The notes beneath the pieces were generated by a model. That model was not told the DNA's origin. It made no database searches and worked only from the letters and a program-made list of their open reading frames with translations. Shown in pieces: positions 23,661-36,300 of a stretch of 64,000 nt of DNA. The DNA comes from Rhodosorus marinus CCMP1338 (lineage: Eukaryota; Plantae; Rhodophyta), in assembly GCA_029953675.1 (NCBI GenBank), contig JAMWBK010000012.1, positions 186,001 through 250,000 of the forward strand, given 5' to 3'. Positions within the stretch are counted from its first letter, which is position 1. Every line of letters starts with the position of its first letter. A program made the translations under genes and the position numbers.

Positions 23661-24254
23661 AGCGAAACATTTCCGCATGATTTTACTAGAATGATTGCGT
23701 TGATTTGAAGGTTGCAAAAAAAACAAACCGGTGGGGGACGAAGCAGGTGTTATTGCTCAGAGTGGAAATTTACCAAGCGGGGATCCGATCCTGGACAGGG
23801 GGTCTAAGTGAGTTTAGAGCGAACGTATAGTAGCGGTATTTCGCTGCGGGAGTAGTGGTATTTCGCTGCGGTAGGTAGCGAATAAAGGCTGCGGAGGCTC
23901 AACGACCACGTTGGGAGAAAAAGGGGGAAACGCACTTGCACCCGGGCAGCACGGCCTTCATCTTGGAACAGGACGTGTGCAAGCACACTATGTGCTTCGC
24001 GTTGACTTCAGATATTACACTCGGAAAGTGGATTCTAAATTTCTGTAAGACTCGGGAAAGGTCTTGTCCATTAAGACACTTCCGTAATAGCGGCTCAATT
24101 CCGACGTTGGGAAAAGGGTGAAACGTAATAAAAGTTTAAAAAGTTCTGAAGTAGTAGGGGAAAGCTCTGTGTATACATGTTTCCCTCGAAACCGGAAGAA
24201 AAACGCACTTTTGGCCAACGGTTTTTTTTGGCCGATCGATCCAAACGATATTTG

Positions 24255-25190
24255 CCGTTTATTTAGATTCCTTTTTGTCCGTTGTTGCGAAATTGAATAT
24301 ATAGCGGAATAGCTTTAACCTTTTAGTGGATATTTATGAACCTTACTCAATTCATTCATTGAATTTCCAACTTGCGATCGAATGGTTTAATCGGAGGCTG
24401 AATAAAAAACCCCGAGGGGAAAAAAAGACTAAGCGCGGCGAAGTACTCGCGCCTCCAACATCAAAGCGGCATTCATGCGCCACAGCAGGAAACTTAAGCG
24501 GGTAAACAACGATTGAAGACGGTCAGGGCGTTCGCGGAACAACTCCCGAAGCCAGCGAGAACCAACAGAGTCCATGAACCCAAAGCACTCAATGATCAGG
24601 GGTACCAAGCGATGTGCTAGTGCCGAAGCACGAACACCAGGGGAAGACAAAGCCCCCGCGTATTTGATCTCTTTGCGGCGTCTCATGCTGGCGGCGGCAG
24701 ATCCACGGCGCTCCCCCGCAGCCGGGAGATAACGACTAGCTTGAGGGTTAGGAACAGCAAGATCAACGTATGTGGTACGGCGGCTGTCGTCACAGGTGAT
24801 CACCAGGTCGATCGACGCAATGAATACCACCTTCCCCCTCCCCAACCCCTTTCCCTTCGGTGTTCCGAAACCATCGCTCCGTTTGAATGTCGTAGTGGTG
24901 GTGGTTTTGGCATGTGGGCACAACGGTTTTTTGTCTTTAGTTGGCCTGTAGCCACAACGGTTTTTGTGGTTAGTTTGGATTCCCTTATGTCCGGCTTTTT
25001 TTTTTCATCATTCATATGTCCGGCACTGCGACAAATGAATAGGTTTCAGTGGATATCTATGAATCTTGAAATTGAATCTCCAGCGTGCGTTGAGCAACCG
25101 CCAATGTCCGTATACCCTCTTCTCCTTTTGGTCTTCCGAACTCGTTGCCAACGCACCTTTTGACTGTCGTAGGGTGGTGGTGGTGTTTTG
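24255..25190. repeat. Repeat X copy 2 (single 34-bp unit), split by a family B insertion
   Basis: 24255-24381 plus 24809-25190 reconstruct copy 1. Confidence 0.8.
24382..24808 (-). mobile_element. 5'-truncated family B copy with 7-bp TSD CGATCGA
   Basis: YVDLAVPNP/KEIKY RLE region; CGATCGA at 24375-24381 and 24809-24815. Confidence 0.93.
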
Positions 25191-25421
25191 GTTTGCTTTG
25201 GATTGGTTGGTTTCTCCTGTGTCTGTCGCCACTGATGGATTTAATTCGTTGACCAAGATAAATTTGCTTCTGCTCACAGTATCGCGCTTCCGGTTGTATG
25301 TCGATGGGTATTTGAAAAGAGATACAACAGAATGAGCTGCGGGAATGATCTGAGGCAGAGCGAGAAGTCGCATTGACTATTTTCAAGCGTGTTCGTGGAC
25401 TTCCGGGAAATTGTCTGCGAT

Positions 25422-26874
25422 ATGGGCTCAATACGATTATCAGCGTTGTTTGTTTTGGTGCTGTTTGGATCGGCACTTGGTGGTGTGAGAAGGCCACATG
25501 TGTTTGGTGACGAGAGGCTAGCAATTGGGACGTGCTCCCAGGAAACCGAAAATTTTCTTAAAGTGAATGTTGCATCCCTGGAAGACAAGAACTGTATAGT
25601 GCTCCACCTTTCCCGACGTACGCCCGTAGCCCGCGCGTGCGCTACCAAGGAACCGGACGGTAATTGTATCAAGATAACCATCAGTAGCTCACGTCGGTTC
25701 GCCAAGCTGAAAAGTGTATCGATTGGCTTGTATGGAGCCGGTTTGACCCCACCTGAGGACTCCAGCGCTTACCAGTTTGGTGTGGACAGCGGGAATAATC
25801 CCATGACGACGTCTGAGGTTGAGATCTGCTTAGATCAAATCCCGCGGGGGGACGAGTCGTGCTGCACAGAGGACCTACAGTTTCTTCTGAGTGCTAATGT
25901 GGTGTTGTTGAGAAGAAGGTGGGGAGGGTGGATATATGGAAGAGAGAGGCGAGCGATCCCCCTAGGAGCTGGGAAAAATAACTGCACTCGTAGGCAGGGG
26001 AACAGACACCAATCTGTCTGTTCATTGGAATTGACATGTAGCGAACAGAAGTTCTGCTCCCTGGAAATCCCTTGTGACTTTGGAGACGACGGAGCGCAAC
26101 GAACTAATAACTGCTCAGATATAGGCTTCCCCTCGATTTGTAATGCTGCTTTGTTGGGAGTGGTTGGAGATGAATGCACCTCGACATACTCTTCCAATGA
26201 CGTTGGGGTAAGGAAGAAAATGGAAGCGACAAAATTTCACAGACTCTCAAGAAGATTATTGGAGCTCACCCAGTTGTTCCCATACTATTAGGTTGTTAGA
26301 CGCATTGGGAAGGGCAATGACTGCGGTTGTCAGCTGAAGACTTGCGGATATATGTCAAGGCTGGTCGATGATGAAGGAAAACTCTCATCGGAGTTCCGAA
26401 CTGGAAACGTGGGAGAAGCTTGTGAGTCATTCGACGCGATTGGGGTACGCGCGCAACCCAACAAGAAGATTGTGCCTGGGTACGGAGAATTCGTGAGCAA
26501 ATGTATTTACCAACAACGAGTTTCTCTTTATTTCTTGCTCTTCGCCAGGTCATTTCACAAGACGCAGATCTGAGGAAAGGTTGCCTTTGCGAAGTAGTTA
26601 ATCCCTACTGCTACACCAGACTCGAATCGCAAGAGGACGACTTGTGCTTTTTCAGGTACATGCAGGAAGACTATCCGTGCGAGGTGGGCAATTTAAACGG
26701 GGTGAGTTGAGCTTGAAACTATGCCCACCTCGTGGAGAAAGGAACATGTTTCCTCTCTTGCTTTTGTACAAAAATATATGCTGACTCGACTGGGCTACTG
26801 CTCTGGGTGAACAGATGGTTAAAAAGATCGACCCCGAATCCCCCTCTTCCCAATGCACGTGTCGACCGCTGTGA
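25422..26874 (+). CDS. Secreted Cys-rich protein with the unnamed domain plus repeated Cys modules. Exons 25422-26207, 26292-26444, 26549-26701, 26815-26874
   Basis: Signal peptide MGSIRLSALFVLVLFGSALG; three phase-0 GT-AG introns give one continuous frame ending CTCRPL*. Confidence 0.75.
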
Positions 26875-29800
26875 GGAGGCCCGGTACTTTCTGAGAAAGA
26901 TTTCTAGTCCCTCTTCCCAGCGCTTGAGAACCGGTCGTTCAACGCAGAGACGATAAGTTGTCCTCTCCCGAGCTGCCCGTTCGCATGCCCTAAACGCTTT
27001 GTTCTACTCAGTTACGGAAAGGCAACACTAGCTCGAAACCGTCCGAGTGTAATGCCATGTCCAGAAGCATAGACCGAAGTGGAAACGTACTCGTTTGATG
27101 AACAACTACTGGTTACGTAGTTGATTCTGGATCCTATAGCACTTGCGATTATAAACGAAAGAATAAGCAAACATGCTAAGATTGCAACCTAAACACTCCT
27201 CCTCACTCCCACCCCTTGGAGAGTCTCAGAACCTCTGAACACACGATTTCTTGAGGACTGCCACAGTTCCACTTCAGCCCGACCTATTCGCATGGATATT
27301 CTGAAGAGCACTTACGGAGCTATCCGTACCTATCCCGACACACTTTGAAACTCTCGCGTCTTGGGGGATGGAAGCCAACCTTTTAACGCATTGCTGCAAA
27401 TGGATTCGTGCTTGGCAGGTGCCTACAGTGACCACGAGCTTAAAACTTTACGGTGAGGGGCTTTTCATATACACCAGTATGTGCTGCGAGTCCGCAAAGT
27501 GGGAAACTACCTTCCGGCCGGGATGAGGCAAGAGAAGGACGCTCAAGGGGACTCCTAGGTCAGAAACATAGTACAGCGACTCTTGAAGGGACAAAAGAAG
27601 TTGTGAACAGTCCGAAAGGAGCAAAGAGAGTTGTGAACGATCGTGGAAGTCAAGAAAAGATCCTGGACGGCTAAACATGCCAATCAAGCGGCCAAAATAA
27701 TGGCAATTGGTCGTATTTTCCACATTACTACCTCTCGAGCGTGTCTATCACAAGTAGCAGCAAACAGCCATAGAATCCCGGCTAGTTTGGCTGTTTGGGT
27801 AAGTTGTTTTTTTTAGACTAAGATATCTTAGAACAGAAGGTTGCGGTGTCACCAATGTGGCCGGAGGGGTGATATTAAACGGCAGTACTGTTACAGCACC
27901 GGTGGTGTTAGACGGGGAGAGAAATCATCAAGCAGAGTCATCTGCTGCACAGGCCACAGTGAAGAGTTGTAGCAGATTGCCGCTGATCTGCACCTATCGA
28001 ATGCTACTCTGAAGCTCCACATAAATGTTGCGGTTGCGCTGCGGTAGGTAGCTGCTGAATAAAGGCTACGGGGTCTGCAGGGGTCTGGTATAACTCCAGG
28101 TCTGGGACACCCAGGGTCAGGCGAAGGTAACCAATCAAGGTTCTTATATTGACTGAACTTAGATGCGGCGGTTCTGTGGTAGTCGGACTTGGTTTCGGAC
28201 AGGGTTACTAGAACAGAGCCACTGTAGCAGGCAGTATTTTGCAGCTACCAGAGTATTTGGGAACAAACCTGAATGGGATTAGGGTTTTTGCATGCTTCCC
28301 CATCTGCATGGACGTCTTCCCTAAGTCCAAGGATCTCAGAGACTAGAATTGTACATATAGCGATCCTAGAAGCTATCAACTGTGGTCGGTTCCGAACCAA
28401 AGGATAGGAAGAGGATCTACACCACTTCTCTCTGGTTTGTTAACAAAGAGAACCCCGCAAAATAAGAGAGGAAGATCCGGAGGCTACAAGCCCGGTAAAA
28501 GAACCCTCAGAGATTGAGGGGGGTCTCGGGATCAACGTCCTGGAGATAAGACCCCACAACTGTTCTAAAAAGACGGACCGAATTTCCGAGTGGAAATCGC
28601 CCCCCGCAAGACACGGTGAGCGGGCAATGTACGCATTTGTTGAGGAATCATCCTCAGTGGGAAAGGAAGGCAACAGGTTGAGCAGCTGGTGCCAAACTCG
28701 GGTATCGAACGGTCCTCCACCAGGAGGGGAGCACACTGGAATTGAAAACTGCACACCATCTAGAGTTTTGGGACTTGATGTAGGATCATCAAAGGTAGCA
28801 AGTGTTCTTGATGGACTTAGAATGCGTAGATTAGTTTGGAACCGTATCCGATACCATCGGTGCTATTTTTAGATACGACTCGAGATGAGACAACGAACAG
28901 CGACTTGTGCGGAATCAGTGTTAGGATTTGGCTTAGGAATCGAGGACTAGATCCAGCATTTAGATTGGAGTTTCACCTCGTAGTAGTAGTAGAAGAGTAG
29001 CCGGAAGGAAAAGTAGGGAAGGCCTCCCCCTCTCGGGTTAAAGCAAATTCATTGATTCGTTAAGGCGGGAAAAGAACTTGCGGGCAAACACATTCAGTCA
29101 TTCAAGAAACCATTTATCAAGAAAAACCGAGGATAAAGAAACCCCAGATTATGCAATCCCAACAAACCCTGGCTTTTGTTAGGAAATGGACACCTTCTGT
29201 TCCAAGAGTTTTGTCCTCACTTAATCGCCAGGGGGATCTCTCCTTAGAATGTTACTACAACATTCACTGTCGTGGGTGCCGTTTACCCTGCTTTCTGTTG
29301 AATTTTATCCGAGCTTTCCCCATAGGGTAGAGGCCTTACCGTATTAGTAGATTATAATATTGGTACCATAGTGGATATACACATACACTATGCCAGATAT
29401 AGAGTGAATCAAGACCACCCATCGTAGTCGGAGGCTATGAACGTTAGAGTACTTACTGAATGCATTTGTTGCGTGGGGTCATGTACGGATAGAGGAACGA
29501 ACCGATGTTTGGAAAGACTACAACAGAGGTCAATTTTCCGTATTTTCCAACATGTTAATCTGGAGGTACGCTGGTCTAAAATCTCTCGTACTCAATTTGT
29601 ATCTCGCAGTAGTAAATGTTTGTGGGGCTAGATAATCTATACTTGGACCAAATCTTATCCAAAACTGTTCCATATTGGAAAAACTCAACATCTAATGATG
29701 GCACTGACAGCTCCAAACGACATGTAAAAAAATCTAACTGTAAAATATACATTCGACGGGTTGCGACAATAAAAACCGTACAAATGCCGATTACAAAAAA

Positions 29801-29949
29801 AACTAAATCACCTATATACACAATTTTACCATATAAGTTGTCATAACTAGGTTTAGTAAATGACATGTTGTTCAACGTCGTCATTAGAAATTGGAACCTT
29901 TTTTTTTTTTTTTCGAGGGCCGAGGTAGTAATACTAGCTCTGGGAAATA

Positions 29950-30365
29950 GTTGAGTCTAATATAGAATAGTTGGTCATAAATATGGAATAAAGGTTTAAT
30001 AATATATAAACATATTCATATTGACATCGTTGTTTTAGTTACAGTATTCCTCAGTTTAGGGAAAAAGCCGTTGCACAGTGTTGTCCCAATATGAAAATAA
30101 TATTTATTATTCAGGGCAGATGATTGAGTATTAACGAAACAAATCTCGTCCATTTAGAAAGTTTGAGCGGATGTTATTTGGGATGTAGTCGATTCTAATA
30201 TAGATTATTCAATCATAAATATGGAGGAGGGTTGTAATAATATACAAAGCTATTCATATAATCGTCGCTGTTTTAGATACAATATTCCCCAGCTTAGGAA
30301 AAACACGTTAGAAGGTGCGGCGCAGCATGAAAATAATATTTATTATTCAGAATAGACTATGCAGT
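29950..30365. repeat. AT-rich diverged tandem duplication (period about 237 bp)
   Basis: Shared blocks TCTAATATAGA, CATAAATATGGA, ATGAAAATAATATTTATTATTCAG. Confidence 0.8.
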
Positions 30366-30559
30366 ATTTTTCTGGACGATTAGAAAGTTTGCGGATAATT
30401 TTTGTTTGCGATTAAAGCAATAAAGTTTCACCTATGCGGACAAAACCGGCTTGCGAGGACACCGGGACCTGATCAGATGCCGTTCAATTGGATGTTGGGA
30501 ACATTTCGTATGCCTGTGATGAATGAATTGGTTTTAATCGGAGACCGCAAAAGAAGGAA

Positions 30560-31114
30560 ACCCTGGGGAGAAAAGGAAACTACTCGAGGCGAAGATCGGC
30601 GTCCCCAACATCAAAGCAAAGCGTTCATCCGCGACAGCAGGAAACTTAGACGGGTAAGCAACGGAGGAGAGACTGGTCAGGGCCGTCGCGGAACAACTCC
30701 TGAAGCCAACGAGAACCAACGGAATCCATAAACCCAAAACACCACTTAATGGCCAGGGCTGCCAGTCGATGAGCTAAAGCCAAAGCGCGAATACCTGGGG
30801 ATGATGACAAAAGCCCCCGCATATTCCACTCGTTCCTAACGTCTCATAGTGGCAGCCGCATATCACCGACGCTCTCCCGCGGCCAGCAACCCCAAAATGT
30901 CGGCTAAACAAATTGCACACAGTGAATGATGAATGAATGGTTTAATCGGAGGCTGAAAAAAAAAAAAACCCCGAGGGGAAAAAAAGACTAAGCGCGGCGA
31001 AGTACTCGCGCCTCCAACATCAAAGCGGCATTCATGCGCCACAGCAGGAAACTTAAGCGGGTAAACAACGATTGAAGACGGTCAGGGCGTTCGCGGAACA
31101 ACTCCCGAAGCCAG
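30560..31114 (-). mobile_element. Diverged B remnant (30560-30890) and a short young B copy (about 30932-31114, possible GAATGA TSD)
   Basis: B C-terminus and 3' UTR; (ATTC)n tail. Confidence 0.85.
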
Positions 31115-32515
31115 AATGAGGCGAGCATATGAGATTGTAGAGCTATCACGTGAATGGGTGTGCTCAACGGGTGTGCTAGGGTTTTGGATTTCTTGTGGGC
31201 CACGTCATACGGGGTTTCGACGAATGAAATTCACAGGAATTTCAGATAGAAGTCTAGCTGTTAGGGATCTGGAGGAATGTGTAAATGGGGAGAGAGGTTG
31301 TTGTGCGGGTTGCAGTGGTGAGAAACGGGTAGCGAATGTGTTTGTCCGGAGACAATTGCTGGTTCATCATTGGAGAGCGCTTAGATCTCGAGTATGAGCG
31401 TTCATTGGGGATGGGTAGGAATTTGTAGGTATGAAGTGGTATATATTGGGTTCCGAGGGGGGGACAGTTGCTGTGTGTGGGGATGAGGGAGAAAGGAGGA
31501 GAGTAAAAGAGGGTTCTCTGGATCTGAACATTGCTGAGCAACGAGAAAGGTTTCTTTGTTGAGTTTTGAGAACGAAGATGAATCTCGCGTCGCTGGGTTC
31601 GATGAGGTCTTTCCGCCTGCGCGGATCGAGCCTGACTTTGACCAACAATGACAAAAAGATCAAGGAGACGAAGAAGGGCAACAGCATGAATTCAGTTCTA
31701 GGAGAGACGGATAACTGGTTGAGTGGGACGGACGTACTTGGGCATTCCGAGGTGCTCGATAGCGTCACCGGCAGCAGGATCGAACTTTTCGATGATCTGT
31801 GAAGGGACCGCGTCGTACACATACTTTTTACCTCAGCTTAAAATTTGTAGGCTGGGTGGGTGCCTCTTCGCGTGAACAGATTAAATATCAACTTACAATT
31901 TTAGAAAATCGAGAGCCTCTCAATCAAAACGATTTGACATGGCCCAGGACGAGGGAGCATCACCTAGGAAACTCAAGAAAGCGAAACTTATGAGAGGGTA
32001 CCCTTGGATATTGGGCCCTCTGCTTAAAAAAGGCAAGGCACAGGCTTCTAGCCTCTTCAATGAAAAAGAGACGAACGACAAGTAAGAGTGTGGGACGAAA
32101 GGCATGAGCAATGGTTCGGTTGAAAGCCGAGCGTTCAGAATTGGCGTCCGTGGTCCGCTGAAAGCTTCAATCACGGGGGACGATATCCAGCAGATTAGCA
32201 CACTCTCAATGTCATCAAGACCCCAATCCCAAACCTTATTCAATGTCCTCATCAAAAAGTCAAACTAGAACTCCTCAAGCTTGCCCGGCATCCCCTGGCC
32301 TCACATGAGGTGGGTGGGGGGTTGGTGGGCGTTTCTAGTTTTTCTCTGTTAAAAAACCTAGGTGTCTGAGTATCGTAGATTCCGTTGTCCTTACTTTATT
32401 CCGAACCAAGCACACTTGACCGTTTGTAGGATCACTATAGAGACGACTCCAGTCTCTGAGATCTTTCGACTAAGGAAAAACGGTCAGATGCACGCGAACA
32501 AAAACCCTAATCCTA

Positions 32516-32813
32516 GATAAAATACGCGGGGGCTTTGTCTTCCCCTGGTGTTCGTGCTTCGGCACTAGCACATCGCTTGGTACCCCTGATCATTGAGTGC
32601 TTTGGGTTCATGGACTCTGTTGGTTCTCGCTGGCTTCGGGAGTTGTTCCGCGAACGCCCTGACCGTCTTCAATCGTTGTTTACCCGCTTAAGTTTCCTGC
32701 TGTGGCGCATGAATGCCGCTTTGATGTTGGAGGCGCGAGTACTTCGCCGCGCTTAGTCTTTTTTTCCCCTCGGGGTTTTTTTTTTTTTCAGCCTCCGATT
32801 AAACCATTCATTC
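32516..32813 (+). mobile_element. 5'-truncated family B copy with 7-bp TSD AATCCTA
   Basis: AATCCTA at 32509-32515 and 32814-32820. Confidence 0.92.
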
Positions 32814-33309
32814 AATCCTACCCGGACTTGGTGCTAAATGAAAGTTCAGTCAGCTGTCAGCTGCATCACCAAAGAGACTATGAGCAACCAAAACACCGGC
32901 CAGCAAACCCACCCGTGATCCGAAAGAACCCGAAAGGACACGGGTCTAGAATACGCCGGAGAACACCGTCGCGCCAGACCCAAATAGTCGAGAGAACCCA
33001 GGAAACCGGCTACCGAAACGTCAGGCTGCCACTAGGAAACATATGGAGATCTGAAAATAACCGAAAGCGTCCCCTTCACCAAAAAACTTTTAGACAATTC
33101 GTTTCCCTGCCTCTTAATGAATCGCAGACTACGCAATCGAAAGCAAACGGAAGAGACGAGTATGCTGCCCTGCGAAAACGTACATCCGGAATAGATCGAC
33201 AGGATGCCAGCAGAGAGGATTCATTTCCCCACCTCTTAATGCATCCCCAGCTACCTCACTCAAAAGCAAACGAAGAGACGAGTATGCTGCTGTGTGAAAG
33301 TATACAGAG

Positions 33310-36300
33310 CACCCTGTTGAATACTTGGAACTCTTGCGGCGTCCAAGTGTCTCTCTGGGGCGATTTTCGAGTAGCATGCTTGTCGAAGCGCGCCATAGGC
33401 GCCTGGGTTTGCACGCTTCCCTACCTAGTTCTTAGTTCCTTTTCACCTCTTGCGTAGCGCTTCAGGGCCCTCGTCACCTGCGCATGGCGGTATCTGCGCA
33501 TGGCGGTATCCAGCTTCTTCGATCTGGAGAGGCGACTTGTGCTAACTTCGCGCTACAAGACAGAGCTGCAGCGGTTGGGGATTTTGGAGGGCTCTGCTTC
33601 CAGCACCACTTCCAGCGAGAGTGGTGAGGCAGGGGAGCAGACTGAGGGCATGGCGGTGGAGGACGCCCAGGTTACTTTGCTGAAGCCCGCGGGATCCGTT
33701 CCGCGAGCCTCGCGGAGTGGGCGGCTCACGACTTTGGTGCGGATAGGAGGAAAGAGAGCGAGGACCGACTCCCCCGGGTCTAAGGGGGAGAAGCACGATT
33801 AGCGCTCCAGGCACGGCTGCGAGGTCGCAGCCTATGGATCTACAGTCTTATGTCCTGAAGGAGGGCGGAGACTGGGGCATTTGGCGTACGCGTTTGCGGA
33901 GTTGGCTCCGGCGGTGGATTTCTTTGGAAGGAGGCTCGCTTCCTCTCCGTGGGGGCATTCCCCCAGTCGTCCTCCCTCGTGGAGACCTTCTAGTAGCTGG
34001 AACCATTCTCGATTTCATCTTCACGAGCCTGGCTCGTAACATTCGGGACACAGTCATTTGGGTTTTTCTGGGGGTCATGCCGCGCCTGATTCTGGCCCCC
34101 ATTCACACATCGGAGTCAGATGGCGAGTACGAGACCGACTGGCCCTGTTCTTGAAGGGAGACTTCGAAGTACTACAGCGCAGCTATTTGGCGTCGTCAGC
34201 ACCATCCGCCCGTCGGACTCGTCATGGCACAGTGTCGCCCGTGCCGGCTCGAGTACAGAAATTGGTAGCAGTGGGCGATTTAAGTCGAGCGGCGCGGGTT
34301 TTGGAGGGCCAGGCGCCTGTCCTCCGCTACGATGATAGTCTCGCCCAGACTGTGTCGTCTTTGTTCCCTGAGTCCGACGTGGACTTGTCCCCTGAATTCG
34401 AGGTATTCTTGGACCGTCCGGAGTTGGCCAGGTTTCGCATCGATCTGACGCTCAGTGAGTCTGACCTGGAGGATTTGCTTCGTACCTCACGTCGGGGACG
34501 CTGTCCCGGACCCTCCGGACTAAGAACAGAGGTATTGCAGGCCCTGAGCCAGCCTGTCAGAGCGCGCTTCTGAGGATCCTTAACAAGTTGTTCCAGGGCG
34601 TATCGGGTGCGTCTGCGCCATGGGAACATCTCCGGCAGGCACAGCTTTGCTTGCTCACGAAACCTGACCACCAGCCGGCCCACCCGCGTCTCCGGCCGAT
34701 CGGGATGGTGGAGACCCTACTTAAGTTAGCCGGGAGGTGGCTATGCCAGCGCCTTCGCCAGCGCGTCACAGCTTTTATGGCGCTCTTGCAAGTAGGGGTG
34801 GGATTTTCTGGGGGTTGCGAACTGATCACCCATGGCATCGAGCTAGAACGCGCCAGTAGGCCGGAGTGGGGAGTCTTGATGGTTGATTTCCGGAGGCGTG
34901 GCCGTTTCTATCGGGTATTTACGGAGGGGAGAGCCTCCCCTACTTGACAACGGAGGGCACTGTTTTTCAAGCACATACTGGCGTCCAACGAGGCGACCCT
35001 TGCGGACCTCTTCTTCATGCCTGTGCCCTACAGCTCGTACTTTTACGTCTTTCGACTGAGGTCTCGGATCTTCGAATCTGCGCGTACCACGATGACGTAA
35101 CATTGCTGGGCACCCCTGAGACCCTGGCTAGGGGGCTGACCGAGATCGAAGCGATTGCACGTCGCGTCGGTTTGACTGTGGAAACAGAAAAAGGCCCCTT
35201 AAAAATGTCGCTTTCTCCCCCCGAGGGACGTGTCGCTGGCCTCTTTGCCACCCACTCTGCGACTAATCAGCGAACGTGAAGGGTTCGAACACCACGGCGT
35301 CGGATTGGGGACTGACAAATTTGTCCAAGCTTCCTGCGAGCGAGTTTTGGCACGGCACAAGCAACTCACCGACGCCATTGAGCACCTACCCGACAGCATG
35401 CTGCAATCGGCCTGCTTGCTTTCCCGCTTTTGTGCCGGTCCCAGACTCAACTACTGGTTGCGCAGCCTGCCTCCAGCTTGGGGCTCGTGGATCGCGGCTA
35501 AAGCCGACGAGATGACCCTGCAACACTGGGGAACGCTCTTGGATGAGCCCCTCGATCTTGAAGCTGCTCCCGACAGGGACTTAATTCGTGCACAGATCGC
35601 TCTCCCGTTGCGATTAGGGGGATTCGGCGTCGCAGACCGTGGGCTGGTATGCTCGCCAGCGGCGGTTGCCTCCTGGGCTACCGCGCTGCGAACGTTGGTG
35701 ACCTTCCAGAGGCGAAGTGCCTGTCTCTTGGCTCGAGCTTTGACCAACGAGGATCCAGTGACCCTGCCGCCCCCGTTTTTGACAATTTATGATGGTCTTC
35801 AACACGCGTTCAGGAGGTGCAACGCCGTGCCGGACGCAAATCGGTCCCGCTTTCGTTCCTGGAGGGAGCTGTTATGGGGACGAGCTGAAGCGATTGAGGA
35901 TTGTCCCCTCGACCGAGTTCTTGCCGATGACGGAGAGGCTAGCCCCGGGTCCCCTGTTGCAGACTACCCGGGTTTGAGCCGATTGTGGAGCTCCCGCACT
36001 GATGTGATTCAACATAGCCTCACCTGGGGCCAACACAGTGCCGCTCACAGTCATGCTCAATTCTCCTCTCACGTCGCCTACCACTGCCGCTCGTCTCCGC
36101 GGCATGGGAGGCCACCTCTCGCACTTGTGGTTAACCACTCTACCGTCGTCATTGAGTCATCGTCTCGATGCTTTCCAGTTCCGTACTGCCGCACGGATCT
36201 ATCTCGGTTTGCCACAGGCTCCGTGGCACTCTAATCGGCCGTCTTTCTGTCAGGGATGTGAGAGCCGGATTGACGCTTGTGGCTACCACTTCCTGGGTTC

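Noticed and set aside
29950-30365. Definite mitochondrial insertion (TGA=Trp)
   Set aside because: One unit also has TAG and a frameshift, and I recognise no mitochondrial protein; kept only as a weak hypothesis.
32505-32515. Interstitial telomere repeat (AACCCTAATCCTA)
   Set aside because: Only about two imperfect units, and half of it is a family B TSD.
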